Shown here: positions 29,135 to 38,504 of the stretch, piece by piece
How positions within the stretch are numbered: the first letter of the stretch is position 1
Layout of the letters: every line of letters begins with the position of its first letter
From: Myxococcota bacterium
GTDB taxonomy: Bacteria > Myxococcota_A > SURF-8
NCBI GenBank assembly: GCA_963674735.2
Contig: CAXXQS010000001.1
Location: 1,152,001 to 1,216,000, forward strand
Direction of reading: 5' to 3'
DNA length: 64,000 nucleotides
Translations under genes and position numbers: made by a program
Notes under the pieces: generated by a model
Seen by the model: the letters and a program-made list of their open reading frames with translations, nothing else
Told to the model about the DNA's origin: nothing
Database searches by the model: none

Positions 29135-30694
29135 CTATTGAGGAGAATATTTACAACAGCGAAACCCTATAAGGTTAATTGCTGTTTTTAGCCCCATACT
29201 TCCCAAAGATCCCGTTTCTTGACTGCAATCAAGATCTGAAGGAGAATCGAGTCTCCAATCTCCACCTGCCGTATATGCGTTTAAATATTGATCGTATTCG
29301 TACAACCATTCCTCAATATTTCCTGACATGTCGAATACGCCAAAGTCGGAGTAGCATCCATTCATCAAGCCAGTCTGAGTCGGGGCATCTACACCAGCTA
29401 AATCAGAAGCTATTTCATCGTAGCAAATACCTGGAATGAGATCGTTTCCATAAGGAAAAGTATAGTTTTGCGGTCCCACACAAGCCGCATCCCAGTCATT
29501 TTTAGCACAAAGGCTTTTACCTGAGTTCTCGCAGGCTTTGTTTGCCTGATACCAGGTGATAAAACGAGAGGGAATAACACCAACCTCAGAACAAGCGTAA
29601 ACCGGAGTGCTTTGGGGAGCATATTCGCTTTCATCGTCTGTAGGACAACCAGCCAGCACAGTTTTACTTGTATTTAATTTCATGTAAAAACAGATTTCAT
29701 CTTCCAAGCAGCTCACGCAATTACCGAAACCGCTCGGGTAGTCGTCTTCGTTTTGTCCGTAAATCGTACCCGTGCAATCGGCATTGGCCCGAACGGTTGC
29801 TTCGTAGCGGTCGATGCAGAAACTTCCGTTCACCGGCACCATCTCGGGGTGGTTCCAACAGTTGGCTATCGATGGCTCCCCCTCCTGATAGTCGTAATCC
29901 ACCGTGTCGCGCTCCGGCCATTCTTCTTCGTCCAGATCGCCATCCACGACGCCGACACACTGATGGAATGCTACGCACTCCGTTTCATCGCCGCAGATTA
30001 GAAGACTTTCCGCTGGTGGTGTATTCTGGCAATCACTGAAACAAAAACTATAAACAACATCATCACAGGTTTCAAACATCCGGCAAAGGCGCTCGCAACG
30101 AGCTTCTGTAGAATCGGGATCCTGATCCGGTCCATCGCCGTCGAGGATTGCATCCACACACTGGCCATAACTGGCGCAGTCTTCGTGCTCGGCGCAGTCA
30201 GTTACTTCCTTCGGGAGGTTGAGAGTCTGGCACATGTTCATGCAATCGCCGAGCGTCCCCGAGTCGTCGGGGTAACACTCCAGGTACTTTTCGCAGAACG
30301 GCAGGCATCGGCCTGAATATTCGATATCCATGTCACCGTCGGGCGTGTCGCCGTCGGGCGTGTCGCCATCTGTGGTGTCACCATCTGGCTTATCGCCGTC
30401 GGTATCGATCGCTTTACAGGCATTGATATAGCATACTTGTCCATCTGGGCAGCGCCGGAATTCCGCCCAGCCCGAAGCATCAGATTTGCAGATTTCGACC
30501 ACCAGGTCGTCGCCCGGACGGCAGCGCAGCGCTTCCGGCTCGCAAATCCCGCTGCCGCCGTCGGTTTTGTCCTGATCGCCGTCGATTATGTCGCCATCTC
30601 CCGCTGAATCATCAGAGGACTCGTTGCAACCGATCATTCCGACAGCCAGAAACAGAAGAAGAATCAATGTCAGATGTCTTTTATGCTTTACCAT
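29135..30694 (-). CDS. Cys-rich lipoprotein with C-terminal FGE-sulfatase (C-type lectin fold) domain, copy A
   Basis: Lipobox MIGC, DGD linkers, FCIDRYEA, FPYGN, GVFDMSGNIEEW, GFRCC. Confidence 0.88.
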   Translation of the reverse strand: MVKHKRHLTLILLLFLAVGMIGCNESSDDSAGDGDIIDGDQDKTDGGSGICEPEALRCRPGDDLVVEICKSDASGWAEFRRCPDGQVCYINACKAIDTDGDKPDGDTTDGDTPDGDTPDGDMDIEYSGRCLPFCEKYLECYPDDSGTLGDCMNMCQTLNLPKEVTDCAEHEDCASYGQCVDAILDGDGPDQDPDSTEARCERLCRMFETCDDVVYSFCFSDCQNTPPAESLLICGDETECVAFHQCVGVVDGDLDEEEWPERDTVDYDYQEGEPSIANCWNHPEMVPVNGSFCIDRYEATVRANADCTGTIYGQNEDDYPSGFGNCVSCLEDEICFYMKLNTSKTVLAGCPTDDESEYAPQSTPVYACSEVGVIPSRFITWYQANKACENSGKSLCAKNDWDAACVGPQNYTFPYGNDLIPGICYDEIASDLAGVDAPTQTGLMNGCYSDFGVFDMSGNIEEWLYEYDQYLNAYTAGGDWRLDSPSDLDCSQETGSLGSMGLKTAINLIGFRCCKYSPQ

Positions 30695-30991
30695 GTCAGT
30701 CTGTTCCCCAATTATCCAACGAATACCAGCCTTCATCGTCTACATCGTATCCGTCGACGATGATCGTGCAAAACCCAGGCTGTAATGTGTCGGTAATAAT
30801 TTCCTCAACTTGCGCTTTCCCGCTTGGCGGGTTTTCGTGTTTATCTGTCCCCTGAATTGTATCCTATTTCTTACAAGTCTGCATGGCCATGTTTCGCATC
30901 ACGAAACAAGACCGTGGTACGTCCTTGTTTCGTTCGGCCTTTAAAGACCGGCCGCCCGACCAACTACTGACGTATACTGCGCCTGATCGTG

Positions 30992-32581
30992 CTATTGAGG
31001 AGAATATTTACAACATCTGAAACCAGTCAGATCTGTTGCCGCTTTAAGACTATTACTAATTAATCCTCCAGTATCTCCGCTACAGTCAAAAGAGGTTGTA
31101 GTATCAATCTGCCAATAGCCTCCTATGGCATAAGCACGAAGGTATTCGTTATATTCAAGCAACCATTCCTGAACATTTCCTGACATGTCGAATATTCCAT
31201 AGTCGGAGTAACATCCACTCATTACGCCCGTTTGTGTTGGAGCGTTGATTCCACTCGCATCGGAAGCTGTTTCGTCGTAGCAAAGCCCAGAGATAAAGTT
31301 GTTGCCGTAGGGGAAAACAAGGTTTTGAGGTCCCATGCAGGCAGCTTCCCAATCGCTGCGCGCACAAAGGCTTTTACCTGAATTTTCGCAGGCTTTGTTT
31401 GCCTGATACCAGGTGATGAACCGCGAGGGAAGCACACCAGCCTCGGAACAGGCATATAGAGGCGTGCTCTGCGGGGCGTATTCGCTTGCATCGTCGGTTG
31501 CACAACCGGCAACTCCTCCCGCCTTGCCGTTTTTTTCCCATTCATAACAAATTTCATCTTCCAGGCAGCTCACGCAATTGCCGAAACCGCTCGGGTAGTC
31601 ATCCTCGTTTTGTCCGTAAATCGTACCCGTGCAATCGGCATTGGCCCGCACGGTGGCCTCGTAGCGGTCGATGCAGAAGCTTCCGTTCACCGGCACCATC
31701 TCGGGATGATTCCAGCAGTTGGCCACCGAAGCTTCACCATCCTGATATTCATAATCGACCATCTCGCGTTCGGGCCATTCTTCTTCGTCCAGATCGCCAT
31801 CCACAATTCCAACGCACTGATTGAACGCTGAACACTCCGTTTCATCGCCGCAGATAAGTAAACTTTCGGCTGGTGGGGTTTGGAGGCAGTCGTCGTAGCA
31901 GATGCCGTAAACAACATCATCACAGGTTTCAAACATCCGGCAGAAGCGCTCGCAACGAGCTTCCGTCGAATCGGGATCCTGATCCGGTCCATCGCCGTCG
32001 AGGATTGCATCCACACACTGGCCATAACTGGCGCAGTCTTCGTGCTCGGCGCAGTCAGTTACTTCCTTCGGGAGGTTGAGAGTCTGGCACATGTTCATGC
32101 AATCGCCGAGCGTCCCCGAGTCGTCGGGATAACATTCCAGGTACTTTTCGCAGAACGGCAGGCATCGGCCTGAATATTCGATATCCATGTCGCCGTCGGG
32201 CGTGTCGCCGTCGGGCGTGTCGCCGTCGGGCGTGTCGCCGTCGGGCGTGTCTCCATCTGTGGTGTCACCATCTGGCTTATCGCCGTCGGTATCAATCGCT
32301 TTACAGGCGTTGATATAGCATACTTGTCCATCTGGGCAGCGCCGGAATTCCGCCCAGCCCGAAGCATCCGATTTGCAGATTTCGACCACCAGGTCGTCGC
32401 CCGGACGACAGCGCAGCGCTTCCGGCTCGCAAATCCCGCTGCCGCCATCGGTCTTGTCCTGATCGCCGTCGATTATGTCGCCATCTCCCGCTGAATCATC
32501 AGAGGACTCGTTGCAACCGATCATTCCGATAAGCAGGAGAAGAAAAAACGCCAATGCCAGATGTTTTTTATGCTTTAACAT
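30992..32581 (-). CDS. Cys-rich lipoprotein with C-terminal FGE-sulfatase domain, copy B
   Basis: Same architecture with two extra DGDTP units; GIFDMSGNVQEW, GFRCC. Confidence 0.88.
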   Translation of the reverse strand: MLKHKKHLALAFFLLLLIGMIGCNESSDDSAGDGDIIDGDQDKTDGGSGICEPEALRCRPGDDLVVEICKSDASGWAEFRRCPDGQVCYINACKAIDTDGDKPDGDTTDGDTPDGDTPDGDTPDGDTPDGDMDIEYSGRCLPFCEKYLECYPDDSGTLGDCMNMCQTLNLPKEVTDCAEHEDCASYGQCVDAILDGDGPDQDPDSTEARCERFCRMFETCDDVVYGICYDDCLQTPPAESLLICGDETECSAFNQCVGIVDGDLDEEEWPEREMVDYEYQDGEASVANCWNHPEMVPVNGSFCIDRYEATVRANADCTGTIYGQNEDDYPSGFGNCVSCLEDEICYEWEKNGKAGGVAGCATDDASEYAPQSTPLYACSEAGVLPSRFITWYQANKACENSGKSLCARSDWEAACMGPQNLVFPYGNNFISGLCYDETASDASGINAPTQTGVMSGCYSDYGIFDMSGNVQEWLLEYNEYLRAYAIGGYWQIDTTTSFDCSGDTGGLISNSLKAATDLTGFRCCKYSPQ

Positions 32582-33104
32582 GTCAGTCTGTTCCCCAATT
32601 ATCCAACGAATACCAGCCTTCATCGTCTACATCATATCCGTCGACGATGATCGTGCAAAACCCAGGCTGTAATGTGTCGGTAATAATTTCCTCAACTTGC
32701 GCTTTCCCGCTTGGCGGGTTGTCGTGTTTATCTGTCCCCTGAATTGTATCCTATTTCTTACAAGTCTGCATGGCCATGTTTCCCATCACGAAACAAGACC
32801 GTGGCACGCCCTTGTTTCGTTCGGCCTTTAAAGACCGGCCACCCGACTGCCGGAGCCGCGCGCCAACATGGGACCTCTCCCATGGCCACCTCACCCGGAC
32901 GCGAACCCTGCCGCAGGAGTGCAGTTCCATCGACAATCATATGAGAATCCTAATTCGAAAGTCGCGACCCGGCTCCGACGCGTGGACATTTGCAAACCGC
33001 ATAACTTGTGCTATGTTTGGGCTTCATATTGTTGAACGACGTCAACGTGACACTCGAACAACTTCGCTTTTGCGAAAATGAAATTTCAATCAAAGGAAAC
33101 ACGA

Positions 33105-33641
33105 ATGTCGATCATCAGCTTCGGTGAGTACAGCGACGAGCATGGCTACCATGTGCTCGATGAACGGATCATGAGGGGAAGCGCCGGGATTATGCTGTTG
33201 CTGGGTTCAATCGCTTCCATCAATGGATTTATCCTGAGAAACTTCGCCATCATTCCCTATTTTGCGGGTTTCTTGGTGCTGAACTTTTCAATCGGGATCT
33301 TCATCAATCCCAAATTCGCGCCAACGGTATTCATCTCCAGATTGTTTCACTTCAGACAGAATGTTTTGCCCATCGGCGCGATTCAGAAAAAATTCGCCTG
33401 GAGTCTGGGCTTGGGTCTATCTACGGCGATCTTCGCGATGTCATTTCCCTTGCTGACCGACCCCACATGGTTCGAACCCGTCTGCATGTTGTGCCTGATT
33501 TGTTTGTTATTTCTGTATCTTGAAACCGCCTTCGGCATCTGCGTTGGTTGCCAATTGTACTTTCTCGGAATTTATCTGAAACTCATCAAAAAGCCGGAAA
33601 TCACCCCGAACTGTATGGGCAATTCCTGCAGAACTGATTGA
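33105..33641 (+). CDS. DUF4395 family membrane protein
   Basis: ER..R..AG, QKKFAWSLG, LETAFGICVGC.LY motifs. Confidence 0.85.
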   Translation: MSIISFGEYSDEHGYHVLDERIMRGSAGIMLLLGSIASINGFILRNFAIIPYFAGFLVLNFSIGIFINPKFAPTVFISRLFHFRQNVLPIGAIQKKFAWSLGLGLSTAIFAMSFPLLTDPTWFEPVCMLCLICLLFLYLETAFGICVGCQLYFLGIYLKLIKKPEITPNCMGNSCRTD

Positions 33642-33693
33642 GCAAGAAGGCCGGGAAAAAATCACCCGATCTTGCTGTTAAACGGGTTGTACG

Positions 33694-35013
33694 CTACTCA
33701 ACTCGTTCCGGGACACCGCGAATCAGCCTCTTGACAAGCAGAATGAACACACCTGTCAAGGCTAGATTGAGGGCCAAAGACAGCATCGCTACCGTTACGA
33801 TTGGACCGCCGATGCCATAACTGAGGCTTAAAACAAGAATGCCCGCTCCAACTTCACCGCGTGGCCACATCCCGATTGCTACGCCTAGCCTGTGTCGCCA
33901 GTGCGCCTCCTGGCGATAGCAGAAAGCCGGGAACATTTTTCCCAGATTGCTGATGATCGTGACGATCAACACGTGCATTAGAATCATCCCCCACGACATT
34001 CCAGGCTGACTCGCCGTAACAGTGGTTTGATAGCGTGCTTCCGAACTTCCTCCGTGAATCTCCGGGAAATCGACGGCAGTGGAAGGAGCCGCAGCATGTA
34101 GGATTTCGTTGCTGGGTGCTGGATGTTGTGCATCATCGTTAGCAAAAATAGCTGGCATACTCAACCCGACCAAGACCATAAAGACCGCCGATACTAGGGT
34201 TGCTGCGGCTTGTTCAACCGGGCGTTCCAGGATTGTATGCAACTCATGCTCAACACTTTCAGCCTCTTCCGTTTTCGACATATGCCGGGGTCTTCCGATG
34301 CATCCAAGTACGAAGGCGGGCAGCAGGACTTCGATATGAATCGGGACGGATGGATCAACGATTTTACTGCCTGCATACAGCAGTTCGCTTATCCCGACGA
34401 TTATCGCCGAATATGCCAGCACCCATCCCCAGGTCACCGGGATGCGAACTCGATGAAGCCAGATATAGGCCGAAGTGAGAAAAACCACCATAACCACGAC
34501 AATCAAGCCCAATTGCCAAGCAAGACCCACCATAAGCATTTTTAGTGGAATCATAAGCAAGACGGTGTCGAGATCATCGAAAATAGCAAGGATGCGTGCT
34601 TTTTTGAATAGCCATGTCGCCCCAAGTCCGGCCGCGGCCAGCATGCTGAATAAAACACCGGCGGAGGTTGGAGCGGCGAAGCGCCCCGCCAAAAGCGTTT
34701 CTGTCCAGGCATCGAAATTTGACCATACATCAGGAGGGAGCATAACAAACACAAAATAGCCGGTAACGAAAATCCAGGGGAACGAAGCTGCGGTGAAGGC
34801 GACGACGTAATCCCAGCCATATTTACTCAATTGCGACTTGTCGATATGAAACTCGAAGCCGACGTGGATCATGATAAAGGCGAGTCCGATCATTGTCGCC
34901 ATACGGATCAATGTTGCGAACGTGTCGTAGTTCTCTCCGAATAGGGAAGGCAGGATCTGCGAAAGGGCCAGACCGGCAAATAGCAATACGGAATACAGAA
35001 ATACTTTCTTCAT
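33694..35013 (-). CDS. Cation:proton antiporter (CPA-type Na+/H+ exchanger)
   Basis: APTSAG, AIFDDLD, GKM and MWPRGEVG motifs; about 12 TM. Confidence 0.85.
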   Translation of the reverse strand: MKKVFLYSVLLFAGLALSQILPSLFGENYDTFATLIRMATMIGLAFIMIHVGFEFHIDKSQLSKYGWDYVVAFTAASFPWIFVTGYFVFVMLPPDVWSNFDAWTETLLAGRFAAPTSAGVLFSMLAAAGLGATWLFKKARILAIFDDLDTVLLMIPLKMLMVGLAWQLGLIVVVMVVFLTSAYIWLHRVRIPVTWGWVLAYSAIIVGISELLYAGSKIVDPSVPIHIEVLLPAFVLGCIGRPRHMSKTEEAESVEHELHTILERPVEQAAATLVSAVFMVLVGLSMPAIFANDDAQHPAPSNEILHAAAPSTAVDFPEIHGGSSEARYQTTVTASQPGMSWGMILMHVLIVTIISNLGKMFPAFCYRQEAHWRHRLGVAIGMWPRGEVGAGILVLSLSYGIGGPIVTVAMLSLALNLALTGVFILLVKRLIRGVPERVE

Positions 35014-35172
35014 GATCGCATTCCCCTATTTTATCCATTATTTACTGAAATTATAGCACCTTGCTTCACTTATCGCGATTGAAAAAGCCGGAAACTTGTC
35101 GGGGAGTTGAAGAAAAACGATAGGGCAATGACTGAACTCTCACGACTGGCGGCGCTGATCAGTCCTGGGGTG

Positions 35173-35243
35173 CTATGGGACAAGCGAAGTTTGTTCCACT
35201 GGAAAAGCGCTAAGCCCGGAGCCCGACGGAGACGCGCTACGAC
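35173..35243. repeat. Dispersed structured intergenic repeat, copy 2
   Basis: Reverse-complement match to 17860-17895 plus adjacent hairpin TGGGACAA-N7-TTGTTCCA. Confidence 0.5.
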
Positions 35244-35441
35244 TTTGTAATCCCTCGATACGGCTTGCGTGGCAACCCGACTCGGAATGACCCGGCTCCG
35301 ACGCAAAAGGGGAAACAACGAGCGAAAGAATCCGTTTCACCGCTAACCCTGAGTGATTGCGCGAAGCGGAATCGAATCGAAGGGTCAGACGTCGAAAAAA
35401 AACGTGTTCCAACGTAGAGGGAGGCCATTTGTCGATGGGGA

Positions 35442-36020
35442 TCAGATCCGCAGTTCGGCCGTGACGACGCTCTGGAAGTGGAAGGAGCCGTTGATGTCGT
35501 GGTTGCCGAAGAACTGAGGCGCAATCGAGGTTTCGAGCCCCAGATAGAAGAAATCGAGGATGCGGAAGACCACCCCGGCGTCGGGTTCGACGATCATCGA
35601 ATGGGTGCTGTAGAGGGTGTCGATTTCGCGGTCCAGTTCGGTACGCACCCAACCCACCGAAAGCCCCACATAGGGCTGCACCCAGTCATCGAGGAAGGTA
35701 TAGCGAAACGCGCCAAGCAACGAGAACTGGCTGTAAATACCCTGCAAATCGTTACCGTCGCCGTCGTAGAGACTCAGGCGACCTTTCAGCAGCAAGTGCC
35801 AGCCGGGCGCGACGCGGTAGCCGCTCATCAAGCGGGCCGAGCCCCCGTGGCGGATGGCGTCCTCACCGTTGACATACAGGAAGCCGTAGCCCGGCGCGGC
35901 GGAGAAGGTCCAGTCGCGCGGGTCGGTGTCGTCCCAGATCGGATCGTAGTCCTGCGCCCAAGCCTGACCGGCCAAGCCGGAGAGCATGAGAAGGATAAGC
36001 ATAAGGTGGCAAAATCGCAT
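35442..36020 (-). CDS. Small outer-membrane beta-barrel protein
   Basis: Signal peptide AQAWA, alternating beta strands, FRY.F...VQPYVG motif. Confidence 0.7.
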   Translation of the reverse strand: MRFCHLMLILLMLSGLAGQAWAQDYDPIWDDTDPRDWTFSAAPGYGFLYVNGEDAIRHGGSARLMSGYRVAPGWHLLLKGRLSLYDGDGNDLQGIYSQFSLLGAFRYTFLDDWVQPYVGLSVGWVRTELDREIDTLYSTHSMIVEPDAGVVFRILDFFYLGLETSIAPQFFGNHDINGSFHFQSVVTAELRI

Positions 36021-36101
36021 ACAAAACCGTCCTTTACGAATCCAGTGAGGTCTTGGATATAGCAGAAAGTGAGTCTGAACACAAGCCGATTTTGTCAGCG
36101 C

Positions 36102-36131
36102 TTGACGCGCCGTCGTTGCAAGGGCTACAAT
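36102..36131 (+). promoter_or_regulatory. Putative sigma70 promoter of the ECF operon
   Basis: TTGACG-N18-TACAAT. Confidence 0.45.
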
Positions 36132-36258
36132 GCCCCGATCATGGGCCGGACATCCGCTGCGGGTGGCAATGTCAAGTAACGAAAAACACGCGCTTTCGGC
36201 CGGTTCCGGTGAATAATCTCACCGGCGCTCTGTCGAATGTCTTAACTGGGCGTTTTGT

Positions 36259-36855
36259 GTGATGGATCTGAAGGAAAGAGAGCTGATTCAACGCTGCCGG
36301 GACGGGGACCGGCGCGCCTTCGAGATTCTGGTGAAACGCTACCAGCGGCGGGTCTTTGGCATCGCATTCGGCATCGTGCGCGACACGGAAGAGGCGGCCG
36401 ACGTGGCCCAGGAGGCGTTTTATCGGGCCTATAAAAACATTGCGGGTTTCAAGGGAAACAGCTCGTTTTATACCTGGATCTACCGGATCACCGTCAACCT
36501 GGCTTTCGATCTCGCCAAGCGTCGCGCCCGTACCCAGACCGTCGAGCATGATGAAATGCGGCGCGGAAACGAAGAGCAGAGCGATTGGCGCGCGCTGCAA
36601 CCGGATGTCGAAAATCCCGATCGCGCGTTGGTCTCGAAAGAACTGGCCGAGCGTGTATCGGAAGCCATGGCGCGGCTTTCGGAGACCCATCGGGCCGTTT
36701 TGGTCCTCCGAGAGATTGAAGGGCTCACCTATGAAGAGATTGCGCGGGTGATGAACAGCAGTCAGGGGACCGTGATGTCGCGGTTGTTTCACGCACGCAA
36801 GAATATGCAAAAGATGTTGCACGGCTATTTACGGAACGGAGGCGGAGACGCATGA
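36259..36855 (+). CDS. ECF RNA polymerase sigma factor (RpoE-like)
   Basis: AFEILVKRYQ, DVAQEAF, SFYTWIYRI.VN, LREIEGLTYEEIA, GTVMSRLFHAR. Confidence 0.95.
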   Translation: MMDLKERELIQRCRDGDRRAFEILVKRYQRRVFGIAFGIVRDTEEAADVAQEAFYRAYKNIAGFKGNSSFYTWIYRITVNLAFDLAKRRARTQTVEHDEMRRGNEEQSDWRALQPDVENPDRALVSKELAERVSEAMARLSETHRAVLVLREIEGLTYEEIARVMNSSQGTVMSRLFHARKNMQKMLHGYLRNGGGDA

Positions 36856-37340
36856 GTTTCGATGCATCCGACAAGCGAAACACGTTGCAGCGCTACCACG
36901 ACGGCGAACTGGATCCGCAGAGCGTCCACGAATTGGAGCGCCTGCTGGCTCGGGATTCCGAGTTGAAAGACGAACTGGAGCGCCTCGAAAAGCTGCGCGA
37001 GGGATTGCGGCGCGATTCGGAAACCGCCCTGGAAGCCTTCCACGAACCCAACTTCACCGCCAATCTGATGCAACGCCTCGACGCGGAACCGGTGTCCGGC
37101 TGGTCGCGTTTACGTGCCGCGCTGAATCTGAAAGGCCTTGTGGCGGCGGGCGGATTGGTGGGCTTGACGTTGGTCGCCATGGCGATTTTCGGAGGGGATT
37201 TCGGGGACAAACGGCCTGCCATCGGCGAAAATCCCAATGATTGTGTGGTGGATCGCATCGAAAACGTCCGTTCCACCTCGGTGGTGTTTGAAACGAAGAG
37301 CGATGAAGAACCGGTAACCGTGATCTGGGTTTACGAGTAG
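36852..37340 (+). CDS. Membrane anti-sigma factor
   Basis: LQRYHDGEL N-terminus, one TM, VIWV C-terminus; ATGA-coupled to the ECF sigma. Confidence 0.75.
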   Translation: MSFDASDKRNTLQRYHDGELDPQSVHELERLLARDSELKDELERLEKLREGLRRDSETALEAFHEPNFTANLMQRLDAEPVSGWSRLRAALNLKGLVAAGGLVGLTLVAMAIFGGDFGDKRPAIGENPNDCVVDRIENVRSTSVVFETKSDEEPVTVIWVYE

Positions 37341-37354
37341 CAAGGGCGCATGGA

Positions 37355-37822
37355 ATGAACCGCGGAAGTTTTTACAACTTGATGATCATTCTGACGGGCG
37401 TCCTGCTGTGGACGACCGGGTTTGAGTCTGTGGCGCTTGCCGACGACAGCCGCCATCCGGTTGTCACCGAGGTGCAGGTCATCTACGCATCGAAACAGGG
37501 ACACGAGGTGGACCCGAAAATCGGCGACGTACAAAAGCGTCTGGCCGATCTGTTCGACTTCAGCACCTACCGTCTGTTGGGCAATCACCATCAAAACGGT
37601 CATTACGGCAAGGCGGTGAGCGTCGACCTGCCCGGCGAGCGGCGGCTTACCCTCAAACCGCTGGGTAAAGACGACGACCGGCGCATCCGCCTGCATGCCG
37701 AAATCGCCGACCTGATCAATACCGAACTGCGCCTGAAAGACGGCGGCATGATGATTCTCGGTGGGCCGCGTTACGACAAAGGCGTGCTTATTCTAGTGAT
37801 TACTGTCACGGAAAAAAGCTGA
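37355..37822 (+). CDS. Exported hypothetical protein
   Basis: Signal peptide, F..YRLL and LGGP motifs, in the ECF operon. Confidence 0.7.
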   Translation: MNRGSFYNLMIILTGVLLWTTGFESVALADDSRHPVVTEVQVIYASKQGHEVDPKIGDVQKRLADLFDFSTYRLLGNHHQNGHYGKAVSVDLPGERRLTLKPLGKDDDRRIRLHAEIADLINTELRLKDGGMMILGGPRYDKGVLILVITVTEKS

Positions 37823-37922
37823 TCTCCCACCTATTTTCCGTAAATCGTCACAAATCGGCGAATTCTGCGAAAAACACGCCTGTACACCTTGCCGTTCGGC
37901 GCGAGGCGGGTACAATGACGCC

Positions 37923-38504
37923 ATGACGACACGCATCCTTTCATCTCGTCTCTTATCGGCGGCCCTGCTGGGTGGCCTGCTGCTTTTGTGCGCGCGTCCC
38001 TGGCTGGGCGACCGGGCGGTTGCCCGACCCGCCGGTCCGGCTCCCTTGGAACGTCTGCGTGTGGAGGGATTAAGCGGTTCGTGGCCCGTGGAAGGACAGG
38101 CGCCTTTGAGTTTTCAGGCCGAGCGAGGCGAGACGCAGCCCGGCGAAGAACGTTGGCTGCTACAGGGGATTTCCATTCGCTGGGAATCGTCCGCTCTGGG
38201 ACGTATCGACCTGCAGGCCGAAAGCGCCGACTGGCAGCGCGAAAGCGGGGACATCCGCCTGAGCGGCCGTCCGACCTTCACCTTCGCGCAAGGTGGGCGT
38301 TTGGCCGGTGACGACCTGAACTTGTTTTTGAATCCACGACGGTGGCGGCTGAAAGGCAACGTGCGCGGGCGCATCGGAACGCTTGAACTGGTCGGTCGGC
38401 AGGTGGAGGGCGGATTGGATACCGAGACCTTTACCGTGCTTGAGCCACGGGTGCAAGTGAACATCGAGGCAGATAACACGGGCGAAAGGACCGAAGCACC
38501 ATGA
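37923..38504 (+). CDS. LptC-like LPS export protein
   Basis: N-terminal TM plus beta-jellyroll-like repeats, directly upstream of lptA/lptB. Confidence 0.6.
   Translation: MTTRILSSRLLSAALLGGLLLLCARPWLGDRAVARPAGPAPLERLRVEGLSGSWPVEGQAPLSFQAERGETQPGEERWLLQGISIRWESSALGRIDLQAESADWQRESGDIRLSGRPTFTFAQGGRLAGDDLNLFLNPRRWRLKGNVRGRIGTLELVGRQVEGGLDTETFTVLEPRVQVNIEADNTGERTEAP

Larger units (their letters stand above)
29053..32847. repeat. Tandem duplication (units 1857 and 1887 bp) delimited by three 51-bp direct repeats at 29053-29103, 30910-30960 and 32797-32847
   Basis: GACCGTGG(C/T)AC..CCTTGTTTCGTTCGGCCTTTAAAGACCGGCC(A/G)CCCGAC occurs three times; upstream regions nearly identical. Confidence 0.92.

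Noticed and set aside
29135-31200. Classical diversity-generating retroelement (VR/TR pair) at the FGE-domain C-termini
   Set aside because: Codon-by-codon differences include many C/T and G/T synonymous changes rather than adenine-only ones; no RT, Avd or non-coding TR in the window. A trans-acting DGR is not fully excluded.
29053-32847. CRISPR array or integron cassette array from the 51-bp repeats
   Set aside because: Spacing is about 1.9 kb of paralogous sequence; no cas or intI gene; no clear RYYYAAC...GTTRRRY attC ends
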